Part shown: piece after piece, positions 20,517-30,919 of the stretch
Layout: each line of letters begins with the position of its first letter
Position numbering within the stretch: the stretch's first letter is position 1
Assembly: GCA_028280285.1 (NCBI GenBank)
Contig: JANQMA010000050.1
Span: 38,055-102,054 of the forward strand
DNA from: Candidatus Omnitrophota bacterium
GTDB lineage: Bacteria; Omnitrophota; Gorgyraeia; Zapsychrales; Zapsychraceae
Length of the DNA: 64,000 nucleotides
Direction of reading: 5' to 3'
Program-made: the position numbers and the translations under genes
The notes under the pieces: generated by a model
The model's database searches: none
What the model was told of the DNA's origin: nothing
What the model saw: only the letters and a program-made list of their open reading frames with translations

Positions 20517-21780
20517 AAGCTGCATGTTTATGGTAATTCTTTTAGGGTTGCCGCTCATCGGGTTTTTTATCTTCGCGTTTTTTTATGACCAACAGTTTTT
20601 TCTTTATCTTTCTTTTTGCCTTGCCGCCTGCACTATTTATCTTATTCCTGTACGTATGAAGCTTGTCAGTAAATATGCCGGTGATGAGCTGCGCGCCCGC
20701 GATGTGGAAGAACAAGTTAATTTACTTGAAGCCGACATGAAGGGTGAGCAGACCATCACAGAATCTTTTAAAAAGAAGATTGTTAATTCATCTCAACTTA
20801 AAGGGCTGACCGAACGTTTAAGTATGTGTCTGTATCTGGAGGATACTTCCAAAGTTTTATCGGCCGAGGTTAATAAATTGTTCGGTGATGAAGATACGAC
20901 GGTGATCCTTTATTTATTCCATTCCAAAACAGGGGAACTCGGCCTTTCTTCGTCACAAAAAGGACAAATGCAAGTTAACATCAAGTCTAAACAAGGGGAT
21001 ATTTATGATCACTGGCTTGTTAAAACAATGCAGCCGTTGTCGATTGAAGATACGCATAGTGACTTTCGATTTGATACGGATAAGGTAGAAACAGAAGAGG
21101 CGCGGGCTATCAGGTCGCTTATAAGCACGCCACTTATGATCGGTAAAAAAGCTTTGGGTATTTTACGTGTTGATAGCACCAAAGAAAATAAATTTGGAAC
21201 CGAGGATTTACGTTTCTTGCAGACCATAGGTGATTTAGGGGCAGTAGCAATCGAAAATGCACAACTTTATGAACGTGTCGAGAAACTTGCTATACGCGAT
21301 AGTTTAACGGGGATTTATCTGCGTAAATATTTGTTCGACCGTATTCCGCAAGAAATTACGCGTCATAGAAAACGAAAAGCAAGCCTTGCTTTTATGATGA
21401 TTGATCTTGATAAATTTAAAAAATACAATGATGATTATGGGCATACCGCCGGAGATATTGTGCTGCGGACCATAGGTATGCTGCTTGCTGATTTTTTTGA
21501 TGAACCGGGGAATTTGGTGTGCCGTTATGGTGGAGAAGAATTTTGTGTCCTTTTGCCGGAATGTTCTAAGGAAAAAGCGATCGAGTTGGGGGAAGCCATA
21601 CGTAAAAAAATATCGATGCAGGAGATTATTCTCCGCCGGAAAAAAACCAGTATTACTATTTCTGTCGGTATAGCTGGATTCCCTGAGGATGGGCAGGATC
21701 AGGATGAATTAATACGCAAGGCTGACGAGGCTTTATACAAAGCTAAATCGTCAGGCCGCAACAAGGTGTGTGCGGCATAA
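20485..21780 (+). CDS. Membrane-anchored GAF-GGDEF diguanylate cyclase
   Basis: Two N-terminal TM helices, a GAF-like middle domain, and RYGGEEFCVLLP (GGEEF active site). Confidence 0.75.
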   Translation: MTEKQKTQLSKSCMFMVILLGLPLIGFFIFAFFYDQQFFLYLSFCLAACTIYLIPVRMKLVSKYAGDELRARDVEEQVNLLEADMKGEQTITESFKKKIVNSSQLKGLTERLSMCLYLEDTSKVLSAEVNKLFGDEDTTVILYLFHSKTGELGLSSSQKGQMQVNIKSKQGDIYDHWLVKTMQPLSIEDTHSDFRFDTDKVETEEARAIRSLISTPLMIGKKALGILRVDSTKENKFGTEDLRFLQTIGDLGAVAIENAQLYERVEKLAIRDSLTGIYLRKYLFDRIPQEITRHRKRKASLAFMMIDLDKFKKYNDDYGHTAGDIVLRTIGMLLADFFDEPGNLVCRYGGEEFCVLLPECSKEKAIELGEAIRKKISMQEIILRRKKTSITISVGIAGFPEDGQDQDELIRKADEALYKAKSSGRNKVCAA

Positions 21781-21796
21781 AAAATTTTATTAAATT

Positions 21797-22804
21797 ATGG
21801 CTCCAGTCTTAATCGGATATTTTCTTTTATTTTTGTTTTGTGTGAACAAGATTGTCGAGTGTTTGTATAAAGAGTCGGAGCAGTATGTTGTCGATTTGAA
21901 TACAAAAAAAGAAGGATTACTTAAGAAGAAACATCATTTGATAGAGCAAAAAAGAATCGTCGAAAATGAATCCAAAGAAATCTTCACCCTTTTTGAAATC
22001 ACCAAAGATATAACCAAAAGTTTCAATGAAAAAGATGCATTTGAAATTTTTAAAGTAAAATTGGCTGAGCATGTCAAGTTTGATAAATGTGAACTCTTGG
22101 ATCCTCTGGTTGAGAATATAAAAGAATTAAGAAAGGTTAAAGAGTATTTTGTATTTACACTGCAAGGTAAAAAACGTAAGATTGGCTATATTTCTGTGCT
22201 TGGTTTGCCGGAATTAGATAAAGAAAAATTTATGATCATGGCCCATCAGTTTGCACTGGCTCTTCGGCGTGTTAAGTTACATCAAGAGGTTGAACAAACG
22301 GCTATTACCGATGGTTTGACAGAGATGTATACACGTGGGTATACTTTCAGCCGATTTGAAGAAGAGTTCAGCCGCGCAAAATCCAAAAAAATAAGTTTGT
22401 CTTTTCTTATGGTCGATGTCGATCATTTTAAGATTTTGAATGATCAATACGGACATTTAACAGGTGATAAGATTTTGCGTAAAATTGCGAAAATTATTAA
22501 AGAAAATATCCGTGAAATTGATATTGGTGGACGCTATGGTGGAGAAGAGTTTTGTGTCATTCTGCCCGATACCGATAATAAAGGTGCGCGGTATGCCGCT
22601 GAACGTATCAGAAAAGCGGCCGAGGAAACCCAAATCCGCGCCTATGATGCGGTTGTTAATATTACGGTCAGTATAGGTGTTGCCACCTACCCTAAAAATG
22701 GTTCATCTGTGACCGAGATTGTTGATAAAGCGGACTGGGCTCTTTACAGGGCCAAGAAGCGCGGGCGAAACAAAATTTGTGTCTTCGGCGTCTACGATGA
22801 ATAG
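21797..22804 (+). CDS. GGDEF diguanylate cyclase
   Basis: RYGGEEFCVILPDT active site; N-terminal TM helix. Confidence 0.75.
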   Translation: MAPVLIGYFLLFLFCVNKIVECLYKESEQYVVDLNTKKEGLLKKKHHLIEQKRIVENESKEIFTLFEITKDITKSFNEKDAFEIFKVKLAEHVKFDKCELLDPLVENIKELRKVKEYFVFTLQGKKRKIGYISVLGLPELDKEKFMIMAHQFALALRRVKLHQEVEQTAITDGLTEMYTRGYTFSRFEEEFSRAKSKKISLSFLMVDVDHFKILNDQYGHLTGDKILRKIAKIIKENIREIDIGGRYGGEEFCVILPDTDNKGARYAAERIRKAAEETQIRAYDAVVNITVSIGVATYPKNGSSVTEIVDKADWALYRAKKRGRNKICVFGVYDE

Positions 22805-22871
22805 ATACAACTCGTTTTAAATAAATAACTTACACTCCAGTCCAAATCTCCCAAAAAAGTGCTAATTTGCG

Positions 22872-22900
22872 TTGCGGTCGTGGCTTTAATCATGTAGAAT
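22872..22900 (+). promoter_or_regulatory. Sigma70-like promoter TTGCGG-N17-TAGAAT upstream of the ROK kinase
   Basis: ttgcgg 22872-22877, tagaat 22895-22900. Confidence 0.45.
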
Positions 22901-22954
22901 ACATCCATCTTCCATTAATATTAGTATATTAATCAATAAGATTAGAAAGATTAG

Positions 22955-23863
22955 ATGAAGAAGGTAGTTATAGGTGTCGATGTTGGAGGAACTAATGTCA
23001 AGTTAGGATTAGTCAGCGCCACAGGCCGAGTTCTTGCCCGAACACACTTCAGCACTAAAAATTTCACGCATAGTAAAACAACACTCATTAATGCCATCAT
23101 TGATAATATCAATGAGTTAACTAAAGAATACGGCTTAAAAAAGAAAAACATAAGCGGTATAGGTTTTGGTTTACCCGGGCTTATTGATCCTAAAAAAGGT
23201 GTTGTGAAGGTTCTTCCTAATGTGCCAGGATGGCATAATGTTGCGCTTAAAAAAATTGTTCAGCAAAAAACAAAACTGCCGGTTGTTATCGACAATGATG
23301 TGAATTTGATTACTTTAGCGGAATGGAAGTATGGCGCAGGCCGCGGATATAAAAACCTTGTGTGCATTACACTTGGGACGGGGGTCGGCGGGGGACTGGT
23401 GTTTGATAATCATTTTTATCGCGGCCCCGGGTATGTGGCCGGCGAGATTGGCCATTTTCCTTATCAGGATAAAACATTCGAAAGATATGTTGGGAACAAA
23501 ACGCTTACCCAGCTTGCTTCGAAAAGACTACGCCGCAAGATTACAGAGGTGAGTGAGGTTCATTTAATGGCTAAGAAAGGCCATAAAGGTGCGCTTAAGT
23601 TTTGGAAAAGTGTTGCTGAACATTTAGCGCCGACGCTGATTGGAACAATCAATTTACTTAATCCACCTCTTGTCATAATCGGTGGAGGGGTATCTAATAA
23701 TTTCCCCTTTTTTGCCCCTAAGTTAAAAAGTTTAATCAAGCAGAAAGCCATGCCGGTTCAGGGGCGTATGGTTAAAATTGTGCGGGCCAAACTTGGGAAT
23801 GATGCCGGTTTAATTGGCGCGCAAATATTGCTCAAAGGTAAATATAATGCCCTTTCGCAGTAA
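22955..23863 (+). CDS. ROK family sugar kinase (glucokinase-like)
   Basis: VIGVDVGGTNVKLGLV ATP-binding motif and a ROK-type C-terminus. Confidence 0.75.
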   Translation: MKKVVIGVDVGGTNVKLGLVSATGRVLARTHFSTKNFTHSKTTLINAIIDNINELTKEYGLKKKNISGIGFGLPGLIDPKKGVVKVLPNVPGWHNVALKKIVQQKTKLPVVIDNDVNLITLAEWKYGAGRGYKNLVCITLGTGVGGGLVFDNHFYRGPGYVAGEIGHFPYQDKTFERYVGNKTLTQLASKRLRRKITEVSEVHLMAKKGHKGALKFWKSVAEHLAPTLIGTINLLNPPLVIIGGGVSNNFPFFAPKLKSLIKQKAMPVQGRMVKIVRAKLGNDAGLIGAQILLKGKYNALSQ

Positions 23864-25937
23864 TTATATCAATATTCTATGGGTGGTTTCGGCCATAATG
23901 TGTTTTATTTGTGCATCTGGCAGTGTATCTTTGGCCCAAACACAAAATGGTTCGGTGGAACTCAACGGCGATACGGTCGAATATTCTGTCGACGGCAATA
24001 CAGTTATCGCCCGGGGGAATGTTGAAATCAAACACGGCACAACGACGCTCATTGCCGATGAGGTTGAGTTTAACCGTAATACCCAGATTGCCTATGCCGT
24101 GGGCGATGTTATTCTAACAACTGATTCTGGTGAGATTTCCGGAGATAAGATTGTTTTTAATTTTGAAACCATGAAAGGTGAATTTAACGACGCGCATTTT
24201 ATGTCACATCCATATTACGGCTATGCCAGAAAAGTCAAACGGGTCGATGATAATCATCTTATTTTAGAAAATGGTTATATCACCACATCTGATTATGATA
24301 AACCTGAATATCGTATTACCTCGAAAAAAATTGATGTTTATCCTAACGATAAACTTGTGGCCAAGCATGTCAAGGTTAGAGTGGGTGATGTGCCGATATT
24401 ATATTCACCGTGGTACCGTCATAGTTTGAAAGATCAGGAGCCGCGTTTTGTTTTCGTGCCGGGGCATGACAGTGACTGGGGTGGTTTTTTACTCAGCACA
24501 TTTAATCATCGTTTTAATGACAATGTGAAAATTGCCTTACATGCCGATTATAGAGAAAGACTCGGTATTGGTGGAGGGGCCGATGTTGTATATGAAAGTG
24601 AAGATTGGGGTAAGGGTTTGCTGCGCACCTATTATACAGGCGAAGAAGATGAAAACGAAAGTCCAGCGCGTAAAAGAGACCGTCACAAAGTAGAATGGCG
24701 CCATAAATGGCAGGTTGATGAAAAAACCACCGCCATTTGGCAATACTATAAATTGAGTGATTCCACGTTTCTTAAGGATTATTTTGAACACGAACATGAA
24801 GACGATTCAAATCCAAACAGTTTTATTACCATTACACGTGGTTTACCGAAGGGAGTGCTTAGTTTTCGTGCCGATGTGAGAGTCAATCGTTTTGAAGATA
24901 AAGTTGAACGATTGCCAGAGGTTAAATATACGCTTAACAACCAAGAGATATTTGATACGGGGGTTTATATTAAAAACACAACAACTTACTCAAATCTCTT
25001 TGAAAAGAAAATCTCACCGAGTGATTCACATTTAAAAACGCATCGTGTTGATACAGACAGTGAGATGTCCTACCCAACAAAAATTTCTTTTCTTGAGTTT
25101 AAACCATTTGTCGGTGGCCGTGTGCAGTACTATTCTCATGCGTTGAGTGATGCCGATGATAATTCTTTCCGTGGGATTTTTAGAACAGGAGCATCTGTTA
25201 GTACAAAGTTTTATAGAATTTTCAAGGTTAATCATGGTCTATTCGGGGAAGATGTTTCGAAAATGAGACATATTGTTACACCGAGCATCGATTATTTATT
25301 CCAAGATGATCCGACTTTTAGTAATGATAAAATCAATCAATTTGACAGTTTGGATTCGCATACAAATGCCAACAGAGTAGCGTTGTCTCTTGAGAACAAA
25401 CTTCAAATTAAACGCGGTGAAAAAACGGTTGAACTTGTGCGCGCGGTTGTTGGTGTGCCTTTTGAATTTAAACAACATCCGGGAGCCGGAGGATTTGACG
25501 TTATAACCACGGATGTTGATCTTAGGCCGGTTGACTGGTTGTCGTTTTATTTTGATTCTAAATATGATCCCCATGACCGTGAACTTGACACCGCCAACTT
25601 TGATATGTACATCAATGGGCGTAGATGGAAGCTTGGTATAGGGCGCCGCTACAGCAGACTTGCCGATGATCAGATTACCGCGGAGTTTAATTATCGTATT
25701 AATTCAAAATGGTTGTTTAAAGCCTATGAAAGGTTTGACATAGAAAGCGGTCGCATGAAGGATCAGAATTATCTTCTCAGACGTGATTTGCACTCCTGGG
25801 AGATGGATATTAATTTCAGAGATTCAAGGGCTGATGGCCAGCAACTCCTAATGGCTTTTCGTCTTAAAGCTTTTCCTGAAATAGGTTTTGATTTCGGAAG
25901 TACATTTTCCGAACGCAGGAATGACTCTCTAGAATAA
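23847..25937 (+). CDS. lptD: LPS-assembly protein LptD (OstA family)
   Basis: Signal peptide, N-terminal OstA jellyroll (NGDTVEYSVDGNTVIARGNVEIKHG...ADEVEF), large beta-barrel. Start chosen at MPFRSNY. Confidence 0.75.
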   Translation: MPFRSNYINILWVVSAIMCFICASGSVSLAQTQNGSVELNGDTVEYSVDGNTVIARGNVEIKHGTTTLIADEVEFNRNTQIAYAVGDVILTTDSGEISGDKIVFNFETMKGEFNDAHFMSHPYYGYARKVKRVDDNHLILENGYITTSDYDKPEYRITSKKIDVYPNDKLVAKHVKVRVGDVPILYSPWYRHSLKDQEPRFVFVPGHDSDWGGFLLSTFNHRFNDNVKIALHADYRERLGIGGGADVVYESEDWGKGLLRTYYTGEEDENESPARKRDRHKVEWRHKWQVDEKTTAIWQYYKLSDSTFLKDYFEHEHEDDSNPNSFITITRGLPKGVLSFRADVRVNRFEDKVERLPEVKYTLNNQEIFDTGVYIKNTTTYSNLFEKKISPSDSHLKTHRVDTDSEMSYPTKISFLEFKPFVGGRVQYYSHALSDADDNSFRGIFRTGASVSTKFYRIFKVNHGLFGEDVSKMRHIVTPSIDYLFQDDPTFSNDKINQFDSLDSHTNANRVALSLENKLQIKRGEKTVELVRAVVGVPFEFKQHPGAGGFDVITTDVDLRPVDWLSFYFDSKYDPHDRELDTANFDMYINGRRWKLGIGRRYSRLADDQITAEFNYRINSKWLFKAYERFDIESGRMKDQNYLLRRDLHSWEMDINFRDSRADGQQLLMAFRLKAFPEIGFDFGSTFSERRNDSLE

Positions 25938-25974
25938 TATGTATGTTTTAAAGGAATATTAGAAAGGAAAGTAT

Positions 25975-27297
25975 GTGAATATTTCAATTATTGGATCAGG
26001 ATATGTTGGCCTGGTTACAGGAGTTTGCTTGGCGCATATTGGGCACAATGTTATTTGTGTTGATATAGATGAAGAAAAAATTAAAAAATTACGTAAAGCG
26101 CTTGTCCCTATTTATGAGCCGGGCCTTGGGGAACTTATAAAAAAATATATTAAAAAGAAGACATTGTCTTTTACGACTTCCATTAAGGAAGCGACAAAGA
26201 AAACGGATGTTATTTTCATCGCGGTTGGAACGCCATCGAAGAAAAATGGCGATGCCGATTTAACCTATGTCGAGAATGTTGCCCGGCAAATTGCGGAGAG
26301 CATGACTTCCTATAAGTTAATTATTGAGAAATCAACTGTACCGGCAGATACAGGGAATAAGATAAGACGTACAGTTGAATTAAATGTTAATAAAAAGCAC
26401 CGTAAGGGAACAAAAAGTCAGATTGAGTTTGATGTAGCATCCAATCCGGAGTTTTTAAGAGAAGGCTCGGCCGTCGATGACTTTATGAATCCCGACCGTG
26501 TTGTTATTGGGGTTGAGTCAAAAAAAGCAGAGAAGATTCTGCGTGAAATTTATAAGCCGCTTAAACCGAAAATGGTTGTCACCGATATTAATTCGGCGGA
26601 GATTATTAAACATGCATCTAATTCATTTTTGGCAACAAAAATTTCTTTTGCCAATGCCTTATCGCAAGTATGTAATCATGTTGGGGCCGATATTCTGAAA
26701 GTAGTTGAAGGGATGGGGTATGATAAAAGGATCGGCAAAAGCTTTCTTAATGCAGGTATCGGCTATGGCGGGAGCTGTTTTCCCAAAGACGTTGATGCTT
26801 TTATCCGTCTCAGTGAAAAGAACGGGTATGATTTTGCGCTTCTTAAAAGTGTGCGAGATATTAATAAAGAACAAAAACAGTCCTTTATTAAGCTTATCGA
26901 GGAAAAGCTTTGGATTGTAAAAAATAAAACGATCGGTGTGCTTGGTCTGGCATTTAAACCAAATACCGATGATATGCGCTCGGCACCATCGATTGATATT
27001 ATCCAGCAGCTTCAAAAGGAAGGGGCTAAAATAAAAGCCTTTGATCCCAAAGCCTCCACAACAGCTAAAGAAGTATTTAAAAAAATCACTTATGCTAAGG
27101 ATGTTTACGGTGCGGTTAAAGACTGTGATTGCCTTTTACTTTTAACCGAATGGGATGAGTTTAAAGATATTGATTTTGAGAAACTCAGGCGTCTGATGAA
27201 TCAGCCGATTATTTTCGATGGACGTAATTTATATCATGATAAAAATTTAGAAAAAATGGGTTTTGAATATTACGGTATTGGCCGGGGTAAAGTTTAG
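25975..27297 (+). CDS. ugd: UDP-glucose 6-dehydrogenase
   Basis: IGSGYVGLV Rossmann fold; catalytic GGSCFPKD. Confidence 0.85.
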   Translation: MNISIIGSGYVGLVTGVCLAHIGHNVICVDIDEEKIKKLRKALVPIYEPGLGELIKKYIKKKTLSFTTSIKEATKKTDVIFIAVGTPSKKNGDADLTYVENVARQIAESMTSYKLIIEKSTVPADTGNKIRRTVELNVNKKHRKGTKSQIEFDVASNPEFLREGSAVDDFMNPDRVVIGVESKKAEKILREIYKPLKPKMVVTDINSAEIIKHASNSFLATKISFANALSQVCNHVGADILKVVEGMGYDKRIGKSFLNAGIGYGGSCFPKDVDAFIRLSEKNGYDFALLKSVRDINKEQKQSFIKLIEEKLWIVKNKTIGVLGLAFKPNTDDMRSAPSIDIIQQLQKEGAKIKAFDPKASTTAKEVFKKITYAKDVYGAVKDCDCLLLLTEWDEFKDIDFEKLRRLMNQPIIFDGRNLYHDKNLEKMGFEYYGIGRGKV

Positions 27298-27305
27298 ATT
27301 ATTTT

Positions 27306-28595
27306 ATGTCTTCTGCGTTAAAAAAGAAAATTGTTACACGTAAGGCCAAGATTGCCGTTATTGGGCTGGGGTATGTCGGCCTTCCTATTGCCTACTATTT
27401 TGCCCAAAAGGGATTTGCGATTCTTGGACTTGATACTGATGAAGATCGTGTTGCCAAAATTAATCAAAAGAAAAGTTATATCTTGGATATCTCCAGCCGC
27501 CGGCTTGCCGATGTGGTTAATAAGAAAAAATTCTCGGCGAGTACGGATTTTAAGCTTATCAATACCGTTGATATCGTGATTATTTGTGTGCCGACCCCGC
27601 TTAAGCGCAAATATACGCCTGATATGTCGTTTATTATGGATGCTGTTAGGTCCATCCGTACAAATTTGAAAAAAGGAACTCTTATTGTCCTTGAGAGCAC
27701 AACATATCCCGGGACAACGGAAGAACAGATTAAACCGGCCTTTGACCGCAAAGGCTTTACAATTGATAAAGATTATTACTTGGCTTTTTCTCCTGAACGG
27801 ATTGATCCCGGCAACAAAAAGTACGATGTCGTGGATATCCCAAAGATTGTAGGAGGAGTTACAGAAAAAAGTGCTCGTTTAACGGCGATGCTATATAAAA
27901 AAATTATTAAAGACATTCATGTTGTTGCCTCGGCCCGGGCTGCGGAAATGACAAAATTACTTGAAAATTCATTTAGGATTATTAATATCGGGTGGATTAA
28001 TGAAGTCGCCCAAATGTGTCATAAGATGGACATTGATGTTTGGGAAGTGATAGATGCAGCCAAAACGAAACCGTTTGGGTTTATGCCTTTTTATCCCGGC
28101 CTTGGCGTCGGTGGTCACTGTATTCCCGATGATCCACTTTATTTGTACTGGAAAGCTAAGCATAGCGGGTTTAGTTCCAGATTTATCAAATTATCGGCGG
28201 ACATCAACCATAGTATGCCGCAATATGCGGCACAGCGTATTACCAAGTTGATTAGGCCTAAGACGAAAGCCAAGATTCTTATTATCGGTGTAACCTATAA
28301 AAAAGATGTGCGTGATTTGCGTAAATCACCAGCGTTAACGTTAATTGAAGAATTCAGACGCGATAAGGTTTGTGTCGACTATCATGATCCGATTATTCCT
28401 TATCTTGATATCGGAACGATCGATCTTCAGTCGGTCAAATTGTCATCAGCGTCGATTAAAAAGTATGATTGTGTTGTTATTGCGGTTGATCATACTAGGG
28501 TAAACTATGCGATGATACGTAAAAATGCGAGGAAGATCTTTGATATTCGTAATGTTTATAAAGATTGTGCGGACAAAAAAATAATAAAATTTTAA
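27306..28595 (+). CDS. UDP-N-acetyl-hexosamine 6-dehydrogenase (WbpA / WecC / TviB-like)
   Basis: [12 protein letters not shown]; catalytic GGHCIPDDP. Confidence 0.75.
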   Translation: MSSALKKKIVTRKAKIAVIGLGYVGLPIAYYFAQKGFAILGLDTDEDRVAKINQKKSYILDISSRRLADVVNKKKFSASTDFKLINTVDIVIICVPTPLKRKYTPDMSFIMDAVRSIRTNLKKGTLIVLESTTYPGTTEEQIKPAFDRKGFTIDKDYYLAFSPERIDPGNKKYDVVDIPKIVGGVTEKSARLTAMLYKKIIKDIHVVASARAAEMTKLLENSFRIINIGWINEVAQMCHKMDIDVWEVIDAAKTKPFGFMPFYPGLGVGGHCIPDDPLYLYWKAKHSGFSSRFIKLSADINHSMPQYAAQRITKLIRPKTKAKILIIGVTYKKDVRDLRKSPALTLIEEFRRDKVCVDYHDPIIPYLDIGTIDLQSVKLSSASIKKYDCVVIAVDHTRVNYAMIRKNARKIFDIRNVYKDCADKKIIKF

Positions 28596-28605
28596 GGAAA
28601 AGAAT

Positions 28606-29553
28606 ATGCGGCGAAGAAAAGTAATCGTTATTACCGGTGGGGCTGGTTTTTTGGGTAGTCATCTGTGTGAGCGTTTTATTCAAGATGATTATAAAGTTGT
28701 TTGTATAGACAATTTAATTACAGGCAGCATGGATAATATAAAAGGTCTTTTAAAAAATAAACACTTTGATTTTATTAAACATGATGTTTCTAAAGAGATT
28801 AAAGTCCCCGGGGCTGTTCATTATATTTTGCATTTCGCTTCTTTAGCTTCACCTGTTGATTACTTGAAATATCCGATACCGACGCTTAAGGTTGGATCTT
28901 TAGGTGCGCATAATACATTAGGTCTGGCAAAAGCAAAAAAAGCGCGTTATTTGATTGCTTCTACCTCGGAAGTTTACGGTGACCCGCAGGAACATCCGCA
29001 AAAAGAAGACTATTGGGGGCATGTTAATCCGGTTGGTCCGCGAGGGTGTTATGATGAGTCTAAAAGATTTCAAGAGGCCATTACAATGGCGTATCACCGT
29101 TATCACAATATTGATACGCGTATTGTACGCATTTTTAATACATACGGTCCGCGCATGCGCGTCAATGACGGCAGGGTTGTGCCTAACTTTATTCATCAGG
29201 CATTGGATAACAGACCCTTGACGGTCTATGGTAAGGGGAAACAGACCCGTTCATTTTGTTATGTGGATGATCAGATTGAAGGCATTGTGCAGCTTCTTCA
29301 CTCAAAATATACCGGCCCGGTTAATATCGGCAATCCCGATGAATTTACTATTTTGGATTTTGCCAAATTGGTTATTAAGACGATAGGAGAGACAAAAAGT
29401 AAAGTTATTTATGAAGATCTTCCTGTCGACGATCCGTTGCAAAGACAACCTGATATTGCGCTTGCTTGGAAAAAGTTAAAATGGAAGCCCAAAGTTTCTA
29501 TTGAAGAAGGGTTGGGCTACACTATTGAGTGGTTTAAACAAAAATATGTCTAA
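28606..29553 (+). CDS. UDP-glucuronate decarboxylase (UDP-xylose synthase family)
   Basis: [25 protein letters not shown] and an overall UXS-like sequence, directly downstream of ugd. Confidence 0.75.
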   Translation: MRRRKVIVITGGAGFLGSHLCERFIQDDYKVVCIDNLITGSMDNIKGLLKNKHFDFIKHDVSKEIKVPGAVHYILHFASLASPVDYLKYPIPTLKVGSLGAHNTLGLAKAKKARYLIASTSEVYGDPQEHPQKEDYWGHVNPVGPRGCYDESKRFQEAITMAYHRYHNIDTRIVRIFNTYGPRMRVNDGRVVPNFIHQALDNRPLTVYGKGKQTRSFCYVDDQIEGIVQLLHSKYTGPVNIGNPDEFTILDFAKLVIKTIGETKSKVIYEDLPVDDPLQRQPDIALAWKKLKWKPKVSIEEGLGYTIEWFKQKYV

Positions 29554-30172
29554 TAAAACTAAATTAACAAAACAAGATCTACAGGACTTTGAACAAGAGA
29601 TAGCCGATATTTTTGCCACCGGCATCTTGCGTGCGCCCGTTCATTTACGAAAGGGGCGGGAAGAGCAACTCATTCATATTTTTGAAGAACATGGTATCGG
29701 TGATGATGATTATGTTTACGGGTTTTGGGATTCCCATGAGTTGGCGCTCCTTAAAGGTGTTCCCCGTCAAGAACTGAAAGATTCTATTTTAGCCGGCAAT
29801 AGCATTGCCTTATGTTTTCCGGAGTATAAGGTTCTGTGTTCGGGCATCGTGGGGAGTTTAATGGGAACAGCTGTCGGGACAGCGTGGTCTTTGAAGGACA
29901 AAGGGGCTAAGGGCCGTGTCTTTCTTTTCTGTGGAGATATGTCGAGTGAGACAGGCATATTCCATGAGGCGGTTAAATATGCGGTGAATTTTGATTTACC
30001 GGTTGTCTTTGTGGTCGGAGATAATGGACTCAGCGTTATGACTGACACGCGCACAACGTGGGGGAGTAAAGATCCCTGGTTTAAGGATACAAAGTTTGAA
30101 GAAAAGATTATTTACTTTCAATATAAAAACGAATGGCCGCATTCGGGGTTGGGATGGAAAATAAAATTTTAA
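29546..30172 (+). CDS. TPP-dependent enzyme, alpha (PP-binding) subunit. E1-alpha or transketolase N-terminal like, unusually short (~209 aa).
   Basis: [32 protein letters not shown] thiamine-diphosphate binding motif. Confidence 0.55.
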   Translation: MSNKTKLTKQDLQDFEQEIADIFATGILRAPVHLRKGREEQLIHIFEEHGIGDDDYVYGFWDSHELALLKGVPRQELKDSILAGNSIALCFPEYKVLCSGIVGSLMGTAVGTAWSLKDKGAKGRVFLFCGDMSSETGIFHEAVKYAVNFDLPVVFVVGDNGLSVMTDTRTTWGSKDPWFKDTKFEEKIIYFQYKNEWPHSGLGWKIKF

Positions 30173-30306
30173 TAATCTTACTTATTTTAGGATTAATTTA
30201 TTTCAGTTTTAATTATAAGAATTGGGTTCAGTTTTGGGAAGTAGATAAATGCCTCGATGCCGGTGGAAGATGGAATTACGAAAACAATTATTGTGAGAAA
30301 TCATGA
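30154..30306 (+). CDS. Possible small membrane protein (50 aa)
   Basis: [50 protein letters not shown]: one TM helix plus a C-terminus with 2 Cys. Stop overlaps the next start (ATGA). Lies in the gap between the split TPP subunits. Not in the supplied track because it is under 60 aa. Confidence 0.3.
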   Translation: MENKILIILLILGLIYFSFNYKNWVQFWEVDKCLDAGGRWNYENNYCEKS

Positions 30307-30839
30307 AATATTTCGACGAACTTAAAAGAACAATGGAGTGGCTCGCTGAGCAAGAAGATGCTATTTTTGTCGGCCAGACCGTGGCAGGCCCGGGTACGTT
30401 TATGTATCAGACACTGCGTGATGTCAAACCGGAAAAGACGCTTGAGATGCCGATTAATGAAAGCTTTCAAATGCAGTTTACCCTTGGTATGGCCCTTGAC
30501 GGGCGTATACCTATTTCAGTTTATCCGCGTCAAAATTTTTTACTTTTAGCAACCGCCGATATGGTGAATATGGTTGATAAGGTTCCTGCCATTAGCGGAG
30601 GAACATGGACGCCCAAGATGATTATCCGTGTGGCCTCAGGCCCTTTTAAGCCGGTTCACCCTGGGCATCAACATATCGGTAATTATGCCGACGGTTTTCG
30701 CCAAATGTTTGATTGGATTGAAGTGGTGGAGCTCGAGGAGCCTGAAGATATTTTTCCAGCGTATAAACATGCCTATGAACGGGAAGACGGCAAAACGACG
30801 CTGATCATTGAGCATGGAAATTATTATAATGATAAGTAA
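30303..30839 (+). CDS. TPP-dependent enzyme, beta (pyrimidine-binding) subunit, short (178 aa)
   Basis: Similarity to E1-beta and transketolase C-terminal PYR domains (GQTVAGPGTF...). Confidence 0.5.
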   Translation: MKYFDELKRTMEWLAEQEDAIFVGQTVAGPGTFMYQTLRDVKPEKTLEMPINESFQMQFTLGMALDGRIPISVYPRQNFLLLATADMVNMVDKVPAISGGTWTPKMIIRVASGPFKPVHPGHQHIGNYADGFRQMFDWIEVVELEEPEDIFPAYKHAYEREDGKTTLIIEHGNYYNDK

Positions 30840-30846
30840 TGTAAAA

Positions 30847-30908
30847 GCCGTACTTAGTATTTCGTGCTTGGTACTTCGATGTACTAAGTACGATGTGCGA
30901 AGTACGAA
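30847..30908. repeat. Heptad palindromic element (GTACTTAG / CTAAGTAC, GTACTTCG family)
   Basis: gccgtacttagtatttcgtgcttggtacttcgatgtactaagtacgatgtgcgaagtacgaa. Confidence 0.65.
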
Positions 30909-30919
30909 TAAGTTTTAAT

